From: Octopus vulgaris | Lineage: Eukaryota | Length of the DNA stretch: 64,000 bases | Assembly: GCA_951406725.2 (NCBI GenBank) | Contig: OX597814.1 | Coordinates: forward strand, 52,948,001 to 53,012,000 | Reading direction: 5' to 3' | Shown here: one piece after another, positions 51,167-64,000 of the stretch | How the letters are laid out: every line of letters begins with the position of its first letter | Numbering within the stretch: the first letter of the stretch is position 1 | The notes under the pieces: generated by a model | What the model was told of the DNA's origin: nothing | Database searches by the model: none | What the model saw: only the letters and a program-made list of their open reading frames with translations | Translations under genes and position numbers: made by a program

Positions 51167-52185
51167 TTCGTGGTCTGTTCAATAAGTATCTGGACTGTTG
51201 CTATAATAACGAAGCTAATTGACCTTGAACTCAACTGTGCATGTGCACTAAGTTTTAATGTTCTCTGTCATGGTCAATGTTCTCTGTCATGGTCAATGCT
51301 ACAATCACATGCTACACACCTTCCTTCCAACTATATATATATTCGTGGTCTGTTCAATAAGTATCTGGACTGTTGCTATAATAACGAAGCTAACGCTTGA
51401 AGAGTGAAGCCGCCTGACACAAATTGATCTTGAACTCAACTGTGCATGTGCACTAAGTTTTAATGTTCTACCTCACTTCTGCTGTTTACAGCAGTGGTTG
51501 GAAGGAAGGTGTGTAGCATGTGATTGTAGCCTTGACCATGACAGAGAACATTGAGCAGAGAATCTGCATCAACTTTTGCCAAAAGCTTGGCGATATCTGC
51601 TTACAGGCCTATGCAAAGTTTTCAAAAAGTTTGTGCAACTGAAATCTGAGTGTGTTTTTGGTCAGTTGAAAGCACTTTTGGCACAAACTTGGTAGACATA
51701 CATCTCATACCCAAACCTTCAGTGATAATGGACTGGACTGAACTGCACATCCTCTGATAACTCATTGATAGTGATTTAACGATTTCCCCACTCAGCTGCA
51801 CGCACATCTGTAACGTTTTTCTCAGTTCTGCTGTTTGCGGGTCTCTCAGAACGTTCGTCAATATCAACATTTTTTTGGCCATCTTAGAAACATCCTAACA
51901 ACTTGTACACTTATGTGCAGCTCATAATCTACTCTCCATACACTTTCTGTAACTTTGCACAGGCTTCTGAGTGGGTATTGCTATGACAGCTTTCTCTGTC
52001 ATAGTCAATGCAGTGATCACACACTACACACCTTCCTTCCAAGCACTGCTGTAAGCAACAAAAGTGAGTTAGAACGTTAAAACTTAGTGCACATGCACAG
52101 CAGATTTTAAACTCAATCTGTGCTGAGCAGCTTCACTCTGCATGCTTTAGCTTCGTTACTATGACAACAGTCTAGATACTTATGA
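51167..52185. mobile_element. Mariner-derived foldback built from two 5' halves, plus a scrambled duplicate end
   Basis: Left arm MTENIEQRICINFCQKLG (ATG 51538); the right arm is the reverse complement of the same 5' UTR and continues into an HTH-like region. Confidence 0.8.
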
Positions 52186-53289
52186 TATGCAGGTGTATGT
52201 GTTATGTATATATGTATGTGTATGATATATGTGTAAAGAATTTTAATAAGGGGATTCTAAACTCTATAGGGCTTAGGGCCTCACCAAGTCTAAATCTGAC
52301 ACTGTATCTGTTACTGATTATTCAATGCTATGATCTGAGCAATTAATTAATTGTTAATGTTTAGAGTTAATATTAAAGCAAAAATAACTTGAATTGTAAA
52401 CACTTGATAAAACATACTGATAAACAACATGACTTGGAATTTTAAAAAAATGTCCCTAATTACCTTTTCTTTTTCCTTTGTTAATATTTTAGTTTTGTTG
52501 TTTGCGAAGCTGAAACATTGGGATTGTTTTTAATTTTTTTTATTAAATATTTCCAAGATTTTTATTGATTTAATAAACCTAGCATATTTATAGTTGGTTT
52601 TTATGCATATGTATTGAGATCTGTGTGTGCTTAGTGCAAGACATCTTTAAGAAGGGTTTAAATTTAGTAGTTTTGCATTTCATTAATGTCATGTATGTAT
52701 AATCAATTCATCTACTTACCTATCTACCAACTTACTAACTCAATAGCTTCCTGATACTTACCTTTAGTTTTTTTTTTTTTTTTTTTTTTTGCTTTATTTC
52801 TGTCTTTGGAAACTGCAGTAAAATGGTACACTACTTCAGTTCAAATCAAACAAGTCTTCTTACCAGTTCTGCACTGTTTCATTAGAAGTTTTAATTGATT
52901 TTTCTCCTTTCTATTTTTGGTTAAACTTATAAGAGTTCTAAATTTAGTATAAAATAGATTTTTTTCTTAATTTTTCTGAGATGATTTTTAAACTTAATTA
53001 CATCCCTCATCTTTGAGTAGTGTATATCTCTATTAATTAATTTGTGATGATAAAAAAATAATCTGTTTAATGATTTTGTTTATACTTTTTTTAAAAAAAA
53101 GAGCTGTGAAAATTGCAAAAGTAGGCGTCTTAATTAGGCATGAAGCTTGAGATATGCAAGGTAGGGAAGGTAATTTTAAGTCGCTCTGAGATTAAGAAGT
53201 TTTCTAAGAGTATATATGTTGCTGCAATAGCTCCAGTTTTTCCAAATATACTAGTTGTGACAGGACCTGAGTTATGTTGTGCTCACTAC

Positions 53290-53635
53290 TCTGCATGCCA
53301 ATACACTGGTCTGAACTCTTTTTAGGACAGCTACATATTGAGACCATTAGAATTATATCTCTTTAAAACTGTATTAGATTAGATTGCTGCAGGGAAGAAT
53401 CACAAGACTGATTCTTCAAGCTAAGCCAACTGGCAAGAAACTTAGAGGTAGACCAAGAATGAGATGTTTGGATAATATCCATAATCTCAGTTGGTCACAC
53501 TTGGTAATCCAGCCAGACAATCTAATGATTGTTACTTCTGATAAAATTCTATTAAGGAGATACTTAAGGACTTTATCCCTATAATCCTCCCTGGAATAGT
53601 TGTAGAAGATGGATGGATGGATGGATAGATGGAGA
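53290..53635 (+). mobile_element. RTE LINE 3' end with (GATG)n tail
   Basis: ILQAKPTGKKLRGRPRMRCLDNI; tail GATGGATGGATG. Confidence 0.75.
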
Positions 53636-54478
53636 GATAGAACTGTATTTTATTAACAACTAGCTTAAAAGCTGCACTCTGCGTGGGCTTTTAAGCTAGC
53701 TCCTGCAGAGGGCTAATTGGGCCTGCAGCCCCAAAACTAAAGAGAGCTAAATAGCATGACTATAATACGTCAATAATGACTATATACCCTGGTGGTTTTT
53801 GATAAGGATGGATGAGAATTAATTCTGTAATGCGATCATTCTATTGTTCCAGTCCCAATTTGAATTCTAACTGTTGGTTAATTTGTCTCAAAATTCTTAT
53901 CTTGATATAAAAGATGACATGAATCAGCCAAGCTTTACCTGCTAGAAATAGCACCCCAAATACTATTAAATCAGATCCCAATAGATGTTCAAGAACCAAA
54001 TGAAGGGGAGATTTTCAATCCTGGGATTATCTTGATTCCAAGAAGGTATAATATGTCTATGTATAGCAAATGTAGGCTGAGATACAGGGGTTCTAGACAG
54101 ATAGAATTTCACATTTATTATTATAGATGAGTTCTTTTTATCAGCTTTACCAAATTTCTCAGAATCTAATCCAAAGAAGATTTCCTCTAGATGTAGATTT
54201 GTTTCTTTCTGGAAAATTACATTAAATATATTGAAGAAATGAAGCCATACCATCTAAGAATTAAAACCAAGTGACTGTCTTACTACATATGATATTTTTG
54301 TGCTTATATACAGTCTTTCTTTTGCAAGGGGTTGATTTTAAGAGTTTGCAATGTATACCTTACATGTTAAGTTAAATATCAGTAATAAACACTGTCTCTC
54401 TGTATAAAATTGGCATTGTTTTCAGAAATCACCACCACCACTACTGTTACTATTAAATGCTATTTATCTCTCACCAGA

Positions 54479-54516
<38 letters not shown>

Positions 54517-55545
54517 GAATGAGGACAATTTGGAAACCTAAAATGGATCCATAGCTCCTGTCTCGGTTACGAGCTTGGAACCCTGATAATCCATTAGAGC
54601 ATTTACCCAGTGTACCTATTCATTTAGATCACCAGTGAACTAAACTCCCATATTCTGTATATGTGTGTGTATGTATATATATATATATATATATAATCAT
54701 TTAATTTGATCCTTGTCTGCTTGTGTGTAGATCATGGTGTACCTATGCATGTAGGCACGTATGGGTACATACATACGTTCATACATAAATACATACATAG
54801 ATGTGCAACTCTGTGTGTGTATACAGTGGTGGATTTGAAGTTTTCGTTTATTTATGAGTTGATTTCTTAATTTCACCAGAGTATAAATACCTATAATGGT
54901 GATACTTAAAAAAATAAATAAAAGTTTTTTAGAAATCAAACTTATTTCCCGATAGACAAGTGGTCATATTATTTATATCCTACAATGAATTACTGTATGT
55001 TTAATTCTCCTGCCATCATTAAAAAATGTTGAAAACACTTCTCAAATTCTATGCAATATTTTCTATAAGTATTTCATTTTGTTCACTTTCTTTTTCATAA
55101 TCATGATTATTATTGGAATAACCATTTATTTAATCATATGCTAATTTTACTCATAGGCGTCTACTTAGGCTTCTAATCCTCTTTTAGCCAAACACTTACA
55201 AAGCTTAATTCAGTTCAGTTAAAAAGTATAGGTAAGCAATGCATTGTAAGCCACACTATAATTTGTGAAGTAATTCAACTGCACAAAGGATATGCATCGC
55301 CCCTCTGATGCCTATTTTTTGTTTATTTATTTATTTGATTTGGTTCTATGTAACTTAAAGTTTCGCAGGCTTCTAATAGAAGCCTGTCCCTTTCAGGCTT
55401 TAGATTAACAATTCAGTAATCTAAAACCTGAAAGAGATGGACTTCTGTGAGAGGCCTGTGGAACTTTAATTTGCATGGAACTGAATCAAGCTGTTTTAAA
55501 CAATACACATAACACCTACTAATTATGTTAAGTGCCCTTTCCTCT

Positions 55546-55603
<58 letters not shown>

Positions 55604-55760
55604 TTTTTTTCTCTCCTTGTTTTTTCTGTGTACCTTTCTGTAGAAGAGCTTAGGCCTGAAACATAAAAGACTTTTTCTATTCCTGAGCGTTATACTAACA
55701 CATCTGTTTGTTTTGTACACGACCTGTCTTCGTCTTTTGTTTTTTTCGTAAACTCTCCCT
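55604..55760 (+). mobile_element. Short repeat carrying a degenerate hammerhead motif (55634-55669); related copy at about 45615-45745
   Basis: cttt-CTGTAGA-A-GAGCttagGCCT-GAAAC-AT-A-aaag, flanked by microsatellites. Confidence 0.5.
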
Positions 55761-56332
55761 ACACACACACACAGAGGCAAATCTCAACTTATGTTGGTAA
55801 TTGGTTCCAAGACATGTGACATAACATGAAAAATGGTGTAACATGAAAGTCTCCCGAAAAAATACTTTCAAATTCATTAAAAACCGACTTCTGACCATTA
55901 TAAAATAGTATACTTTAAATATAGAAGGCATGGTGTAGGAAAAAAAGTGCAAATTTATTCACAGTAAAGACAAACATATTTGAATTTCCTGGTATGTACT
56001 TCAACTCTACCTAGTGGTGAAATGCTGGAACTATTGGTCTTGAAAGCCATGTATGTAAATAAGAGAAAACATTGTAAATATGTACATTTAAAAGAATTTA
56101 TTAGCTTTGTCTGTTTTAATAAATTTGTTCATATTTTCATATGTATCTTATTTGATTTTCCATTTCAGTATTAGTTTTTAGGTTTTTATAAAATTTTATA
56201 CTCTTAAATATGTATACTGAAATCAATGTAAAAGCGGATAAATTGACTATGTTGAAATTATTTTTTCTATTAAGTTCGTAAAAAATGTGACAAAGTTGAA
56301 AAATATGTAATTCGCAAAGATATTGACTATGC

Positions 56333-56409
<77 letters not shown>

Positions 56410-56489
56410 TATATATAGTGAGAATTTACATTTAGGAAGCCTATATATATATATTTTGTTTTTGTTTTGTTTTTGTTTGTTTTGTTTTT

Positions 56490-56695
56490 CCAGTTTCAGC
56501 TCTTGAGCTGTGGCCATGCTGGGGCACCGCCATTGTGGTGAAAGAGTACAGCAGGGATCACCACCCCCTGCCGGAGCCTCGTAGAGCTTTTAGGTGTTTT
56601 CGCTCAATAAACACACAACGCCCGGTCTGAGAATCGAAACCGCGATCCTGTGACCGCGAGTCCGCTGCCCTAACCACTAGGCCATTGCGCCTCTA
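56490..56695 (-). mobile_element. Young tRNA(Arg)-like SINE
   Basis: GGCGCAATGGCCTAGTGGTTAGG...GACTCGCGG...GGTTTCGATTCTC; tail cagcatggccacag...ctgaaac shared with family A; CpG-rich. Confidence 0.8.
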
Positions 56696-56696
56696 C

Positions 56697-56730
<34 letters not shown>

Positions 56731-59700
56731 ATAATGGTAGAAATTGATATTAATCAATTAAAACCAGTGGCCTAGCATATTTTTAAAAAATCCGAAGATT
56801 AAAAATTTTTTTACATACAAAATTTAGAGGACTGACCATTAAAAAAATGGACAGCCCATATGCTAGATATAGACGTCAAAATCGCCATTTTCCACGAAGA
56901 ATGGGAAAAAAACTGATTTTATTTGGTAGAATCTTTGTTAGGAGAGCAGACAAGGGCTTAAGTAGCTGCTTTTACTTTACATTCTCTGACCATAAAATGT
57001 TGATCATGGAAAAGGACAGTAAGAAAACTCCAAGTGACAGAAACTGTTAAGATGTGGCATGAAACATGTTTATCTATTAAAAAACCACCCAGTGAAAGTT
57101 ACCCCAAGCTGTCAAATGTTAAAATGCAGTTAAGTGCATGATGAAAATTTGAGTTATATGGAGGAAGGGAAAATGAAAAAAAGTGGCAGTGATATTTTAT
57201 TGATCTATTACTAATTTTTATTTTTTATTGAATTATAAAAAAAAAAATTTACCTTTTTTTTTAAAAGATTTTAGAAAAGCAACATGATCTACCATTACTA
57301 TTGCTATCACTAAAAGTACAGGAATCCAAGACATTATAAATCTTGTTATTGTGCTAAAAACAACATGACTCCATTTCTGGTTTCACTTAATCACTTCCTC
57401 ATCTTTAATTAAATGAAAAAAAATATTTGATGTCATCAGATTTCATTTCAAATTAATTTTAGCTGTTAATATTCAATTTAAATGTTTATTGTTTCAGGAA
57501 TAATATTTGGGGAATAGATTTTACTTCTCTGTTGAAGCTAATTCACTTCGTTCATGTTGTTGCTCTTATGAAAAATACGAATACCACAACTCCATATTTC
57601 TTCCCCTGCTAATAGATTTCTGGCTTATTTAAGAAACAGTTGTTGTTTGTGAATATTTGATTCCAACACTAAACTGCCAAATTTCACACTAATGTCAGTT
57701 AGTTCACATTCCATTATGAACTTATTCACTTTCATTTTTATCCATTGCTGTGTAAATGGAGGCATGAAACATTCATTGCTTTTTATGATACAAGATACAA
57801 AATCATGATTTTTTTCCCCCCACTCATTCACTTATCTATTGTGATACCTCCAAAACATTTACAGCAATGGTCTTCTACTTTAGACTGTGTCTAATTTGAA
57901 ATCTCAGTTGTGCTGGTATCAAACACTTATAGATTTAATCCTGTCACGCTGTATTCCCACTATAGCAGGAATAGGTTAAACATCATCTCTGCCAGATTCC
58001 TGGTAAAGTGGTAATGAACAACAAACAAAGAAGATGCAGCCAATTCTGTTCATTAGTTTGCCTGCAATTGTTATTATTTATTGTTTTGCTTGGGAGCCAG
58101 GTGGAGCATAAAGTTAGACACAGGGGTCTAAATCTAAAAGGGTTAAATTTTTTGAAGAATAGGCAAGTGCTAGACTTTATTTGTAGTCATTGTTATTTTT
58201 ATAACTGGGAAAGTGTATGTTTATGGGTATGTAACTAGAAATGGTAAATCAAATTGAGCAGTAACAACACAGGGCTTGGGAATGTCTTTAGTCTTACCAA
58301 AGGAAGGACAACCTCACTAATGCTGGTACCACAAAAAATGCACCCATTATGCTCTGTAAAGTGGTTGGTGTCTGGAAGGGCATTCACCAATACAAACCAT
58401 GCCAAAACTGAGATATTGGAATGAGACTTGGTTCTCAAACTTGATAGACCTTATTGAACTAAAGTCAATGTAAAATAATGATGATAGTGGTGTCATGTTC
58501 AAAATTATAATCCTACTAATTCTAAACAAGGCTACAAATCTGTAGAGAGGAGTTGAATGAGAATATAATCTTCCTTCTTTTTCCAAAGTTATGAGTGCTT
58601 TCAGTTGTTAATCAAAATGTATTTAACTTGGTTTTCTAGATGCATACATCTTAGAGTGCTTGTTGTAAGACAGGTATCAATAGTTTTAGGAAGTTTAAAT
58701 GTAAAGTATTATAAAAAAGAACAATAATGTAACAAAAAAAAAAAGAAGAAAATCAGAATTCCTTTAGCAGTTTTGCTAGTTTTGCCATTAGTGTAAATAT
58801 AAAGAATTAAGAACTTGGAGCATAAATCATTGCAAGTGATGACTTGAGGGTGTGAGTGCTATTCTACAGCTTGCACAATATTCATTGTTAATCAATTTTC
58901 TCTCCTCATCAAAAGGATGACTTTCATTCCTCTATATCAAAGTGAGAACACAGTATTATCATAAGATGAAAAATAATTTTTTGGAACAGTGAAACTTGAG
59001 GCAGATAAAGCTATAAATAACAGTACTTAAATATTGGGCTTAGAAGCCCTTTGGATGGAAAAAGTTGAACGCTGCCTGTGGGGCATAAACTCATGTCTTC
59101 ATATATTTCTATTCAAAGGGTTTTTTTTTTAAACCCAATATTTAGATATTATTATTTATAGCTTCACTGTTCTAAAAAAGAATTGTTACACATCTCCCAA
59201 ACTTTCTAAAATCTTATGATGTTGATGAAAAATATTATTTTTAAAGTATTATGAGCATTCATTTCACAATAGATAATCTAACCTTGCTTTTACTTACTAC
59301 TATTTCACTGAATATAAGTTTCTCAGCTGTCTTATTTTGAAATGAGTTCTGAGAATATTAATTCAGTAAAAGATGTTCACTTTTATGTAGCCTGTCCAAG
59401 TCAACACTTTACATTTTGAAACTATGTCTAATATAGATTACTTTCATAAAAACTATTTCAACTACTATTTATTAATACTACTAAACTGGAAGTTAAAGTT
59501 TCCTAAGGAGTAAATTGCTGTCTTAAAAAGTAAGTTGCTATCTTAAACATCTAAGTTCAAAATACTGCTGGCATCAGTTTAACAGGGTGGGAAAAATGTT
59601 CTCAACCCATTCAAAACTGACCTTATTTAAAGGGAAATCAGTGTTACCATTTAATTTGCATCAGTCTTGTGGCAAATTATTGGGAACTAGAATTTACTTT

Positions 59701-60351
59701 CTGAATTTTGTTCTTAAGGAAAATGAGGTAACTAATAAAAGGAAAAACATCCCTATGAAAGGGAAAATATCACAAATTTCTATTGCTCATTGCTTATAAC
59801 TTCATTAATGCCACTAGTTATTTATCATGAAGTGTTTTGACCTTTTCCTATGATAGGAGTTCTATATTTTTCATGCTTGACATTATCTATCACTTGGTTT
59901 GCTTCGTATCTGACTTTTACATGAACTTTTATATGCAGAACTTAAATCATTGTCTTAGGTAAGATATTACTCTGCTTGCTTTACAGTCCCTTGTGAACTA
60001 GAAGCTATGATCTAGTAAGAATAAAATCATAGGTGATGAGTAACCCAGAATCGTGACTATTTACCCATAATGCCTCTTTCATACTTAATATTGTGAATTG
60101 TAGAAACTGCAACACAACTTTATCTGTCACTGTATCATATTTTAACTTATCAGAGTCTTGCCTTGCAAGTTACTTAGTGAGCTTATTCATGCCAGTGTTG
60201 TGTAGAAAGCACTCAGTATACTCTATGAAGTGTTTGGCATTAGGAAGGGCTTTCAGCTGTAGAAACCATGCCAAATCAGGCATTGGAGTTTGGTGCAGTT
60301 CTTTGACTTGTTAGTTCCTGTCAAAATGTCCAGTGATGATGATGACATATA

Positions 60352-60392
<41 letters not shown>

Positions 60393-63233
60393 CCCCAGCA
60401 TGACCATAGCCTCTGACTGAGAATAGTGAAAATAATACATAAACAGACACACACATTATTTTATCATTTTAACATTCACTTCTCCATGCTTACATGGGTC
60501 AGATAGTTTATTGAGGCAAATTTTCGATGGTTGGATGCCCTTCTTATCACCAGCCCTTATTTATTTCCAAGCAAAGTAATATTTCCTCATTGCCAGCAGG
60601 CATGTTTTCTTAGAATATTAGAAAGGAATGATATTCATTTATGATAATCATGTGATATCAGCACGAGGAGACACAAACACTCACTTACATACACCCACAT
60701 GCACCCCCACCACACTTTTCATCTACCAAATTCACTCACATGGCTTTGGCCTGTTGGTATGACAAGAGAGGAAGAGATGAATGTTCCAGGTGGACCTGGT
60801 ACTCAACTAGTTTAGAGGTGCAGAGAATATGGTAGTAGCTAGAGAATAGTTAGAGTCAGATAGCCTTCTTTTGGATGTGCTCTGGTATGTATGTGTGTAT
60901 CACATCAGCACTGTTCTGAATATATACAAGCAATGTTTGACCATTGTAGAAAGGTCAGCACAATGACAAGAGCTGAAGTATATTCTGGCTTTGAAGCTGA
61001 AAACTAGTTTCTAGAATGTAATTTTAGCTAATTATATTTGTTGGGGCTACTAGACAAAATAATTGAAGATTTTAAGGTCTAGGATTTGTAGTGTAACTGT
61101 GTCATAATTGTTTGTTGTTTCATGGCTAGAAAGGGTGAAGTTCATTATTGATTCCTTGATATGAACAGTAAATACATTCTATATATGTTGGTATATGCAT
61201 ACATAAATTAAGCAAGAAGTTGTGGTATAGAATACTGAATACATATGCAAGACCTAAATGTTGTTTATTGATGATGTTAAACTGTACATGGCTACTACTT
61301 CAGATGTTTTTAATGAAGTTGGAATATTTTAAACTTTAAGCTGTACAAATGCACATAAAGACAATGCATTCTCACTCACATACGCACTCACTCACATACG
61401 CACTCACTCACATACACACAATCACACACAGACTTGCTTATACGGAAATAACATGTCAGGAATATGAGAAAAATAACAGGAAAATTGTTGCAGAAGCAGA
61501 TGGTTACTTAATTTGCTGTTATTAATGGCTGCATTGTATTTTATTTCTGATTCATTTATGGATATTTTTCTCTATTTTAGATATGTTTATGCCTTAAATA
61601 TTTTATTAACATGTCATCAACTGTACTAAATCATGTTGGCTATTATACAAGATATGAAAGGTATTAAATGGAATAGAATACAGTAACTTGTGCTGTATGC
61701 ATTGCTATAAAACAAGGATTGAAAGAGATTCCAGTAAATCAAAGAATGGAAGATATTCAATTCATACCATTCTCATTACTCCTAATCCCTTGGATCTCTT
61801 GGAGGGTATTATTTGCACAAAAAGCAGTTTCCAGTATACACAAAACTCCCTCCCTAAACAAAGGAGTTTGTGTTTTTATTTTTTCTATTTTGTTCAGGTT
61901 AAGATTTATTAAATTCCAGCAAGTATTATTTACATTATGGACCATTGTATGAAGTAAAATTGCTTCAGTCTATTCTGGATTTTTCCTCTTTAAATTTATG
62001 ACTTTCCTCAATACTCGTGTTGTGTGCTCTGACTGAAGTGAAATGCGTTCCATAGCCCACATCTCAGAGTGTTTCTGCTAGTTAGAATTTACCATTGAAC
62101 TTTGTACTTAATTTATTTCTTCATGAGTTGTACCCCGACATTATTGGTTAGTGCAGATGTTCAAATATCCTCTTCACTCCACTTTTTAGTATTGCCTATT
62201 CCAAATAATGTATCCAGAGGGAAGAGTGTATAGTTGTAATTATAACTGGGAATTTGAATCTGTAGATTACACTTCATCATTCAGCTGACAACCTGCATGA
62301 CATAGAGCTTCACAATGACAACAAGCACCTGACTCTCATTCAACATTACTTTCATAGACCTTTGCTCTTTAACACTTCACCTTCTCACTAACACCCCACC
62401 ATCACTCACCATCATACTTTCTTCACTCACACTCCACCATTACATACCATTTTCTGTCACCTACTATCACTTCACAAACACCTCACCCTTGCTCTTTCAC
62501 CAACATTTCACTTTCTCTTCCCTAAATGACTCCCCACACTGCTTCACCATTATTTTACATTCACTTGATGGTGAGCGAAGGTATGATTTTACAAAGCAAT
62601 AGATGAAACTTGAAGGCTAAGTCAACTTGATTTTTACAATAGTTTTCTATACAAGCTTGTTTTTGTTTTGAATGTTCCTCTATTCCATAAATAATCCTGC
62701 TCTTTAGTTCAGATACAATTTCAGTACACAGATCTTCACTTCTATTGGCACTGCCAAAATTTAGCTCATTTGGTCACTAAGAGAGTGAAGATCCAATCTA
62801 AATCTGTAGCCATATCAGTCAATGTTTCTGTAATATAGTCAGAGAAATGCTTTCAGCCCTCAGCTTCTATGTTTATTTTCCATGCACTATTTTCTTTATT
62901 CATATTCATATTTCTTTAATTAGTTGTTCTTATTGTAGTGAAGGCCTGGATATATGTCTTGTGTTTGTGATAGACACTAAGATATCATTAAAAAGTTGCT
63001 CTTTTGCAGTCTTCACTTTTAGAGCACTTCTTTCAGATGAATTATCATTGTTGCTCTATGCAAGACTAATTCAATTAATCATTTCATTGTTTTCAAGCTT
63101 CAGTGACCAGTAAACAATGCACTAGAAGGATAATGAAATTGTAATGAAGATTAACAATATAATTTCAGTGTTCATTGGTTATAGTCAAGCAAGTTGAATG
63201 GTTGATTAGACCAAAACATATATAGCTTTTCTC

Positions 63234-63575
63234 TTTTAATTGTTTCATTCATTGGACTTTGGCCATGTTGAAGCACTGCCTTGAAGGGTTTAGTTCAACA
63301 AATCAACCTCAGTACTTATTTTAAAAATCTGGTGCTGATTCTGTCAGTCTCTTTTGTCAAACTACTATGTTATGGAGATGTTAATAAACTAATGCCAGTT
63401 GTTAAGCAGTGGAGACACACACACACACACACACACACACGCATGCACGCACACATGCACAGAGAGAGAGAGAGAGGCTTGTTTCAGTTTCTGTCTACTT
63501 AGTCCATTCACAATTTTTTGTAGTTGGTCCAGGGCTATAGTAGAACATACTTGTCCCAGGTGCTGCACAGTGGCA
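63234..63575 (-). mobile_element. SINE family A, degenerate
   Basis: Reverse complement of the family A body and tail. Confidence 0.7.
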
Positions 63576-64000
63576 CCATATCTGCATCTATATATATGAA
63601 GATGTATATATTCTAACACCATAATTTAAGATGTATTCAGTAAGGATCCATGTTAATTTAAAGCACTTAAACTACAAAACATATCTATTGCTTGATTTCT
63701 TAGCCATATTTGCCCTTCAAAACAGAAATTAAAACGTTATTTCATGATCAGAAATGTCCATTGTACATTACAAAAGTTTTTTAAATGAAATCTTTGATGA
63801 GTAATGTGTAACATTACTCTCACTATAGTGTATTTATTTAGAAACAGTAAGTAGTGTGTAAGGAAAATTTTGGTGCTACTTCTTGCAGGTTGTAGCTACC
63901 ACACAGTGGCCTACCTCATTGGCTCACATGCAAACGCATTTCAATAAGAAGTTCATTTCAGAACTACATATTTTGGGGTTTATTACCACTGCATAGATGC

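Noticed and set aside
50719-51222. Pro/Ser-rich and Gly/Arg-rich ORFs
   Set aside because: Translations of the polypyrimidine tract.
56625-56695. tRNA gene
   Set aside because: It continues into a SINE body and tail and lacks a full acceptor stem; the same applies to the other SINE heads.
61581-61660. Candidate exon 2 of the plus-strand gene (ICLCLKYFINMSSTVLNHVGYYTRYE)
   Set aside because: Acceptor and phase fit, but the donor is weak and the peptide unrecognisable; similar candidates near 36.0, 43.7 and 63.9 kb hit stops. Needs RNA-seq.

Overview
AT-rich, repeat-dense animal genomic DNA. The SINE, RTE and microsatellite repertoire looks like an octopus (coleoid cephalopod); this is inferred from recognition, not from a search. 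Host coding sequence is scarce. A CpG-rich bidirectional promoter at about 27.5-27.7 kb separates two genes. One is a minus-strand MORN1-like gene, with exon 1 at 27403-27532 and a 72-nt exon 2 at 22670-22741 reading [25 protein letters not shown]; I could not find later exons. The other is an unidentified plus-strand gene, whose first coding exon is 27740-27784 (MAEQNTEKGMAIFLD|GTAAGT). Almost everything else is probably intronic and filled with decayed transposons: Helitrons (one with both ends), Tigger/pogo, Tc1, maT-like and mariner elements, hAT and piggyBac-type MITEs, RTE and CR1-like LINEs, Penelope-like GIY-YIG pieces and several tRNA-derived SINE families. The most unusual signal is a tRNA-headed SINE-like element whose 3' tail carries a Penelope-type minimal hammerhead motif and is duplicated in inverted orientation (25555-25995). 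Further degenerate hammerhead motifs lie at about 45.65 and 55.65 kb. Coordinates were counted by eye, so repeat boundaries are approximate.
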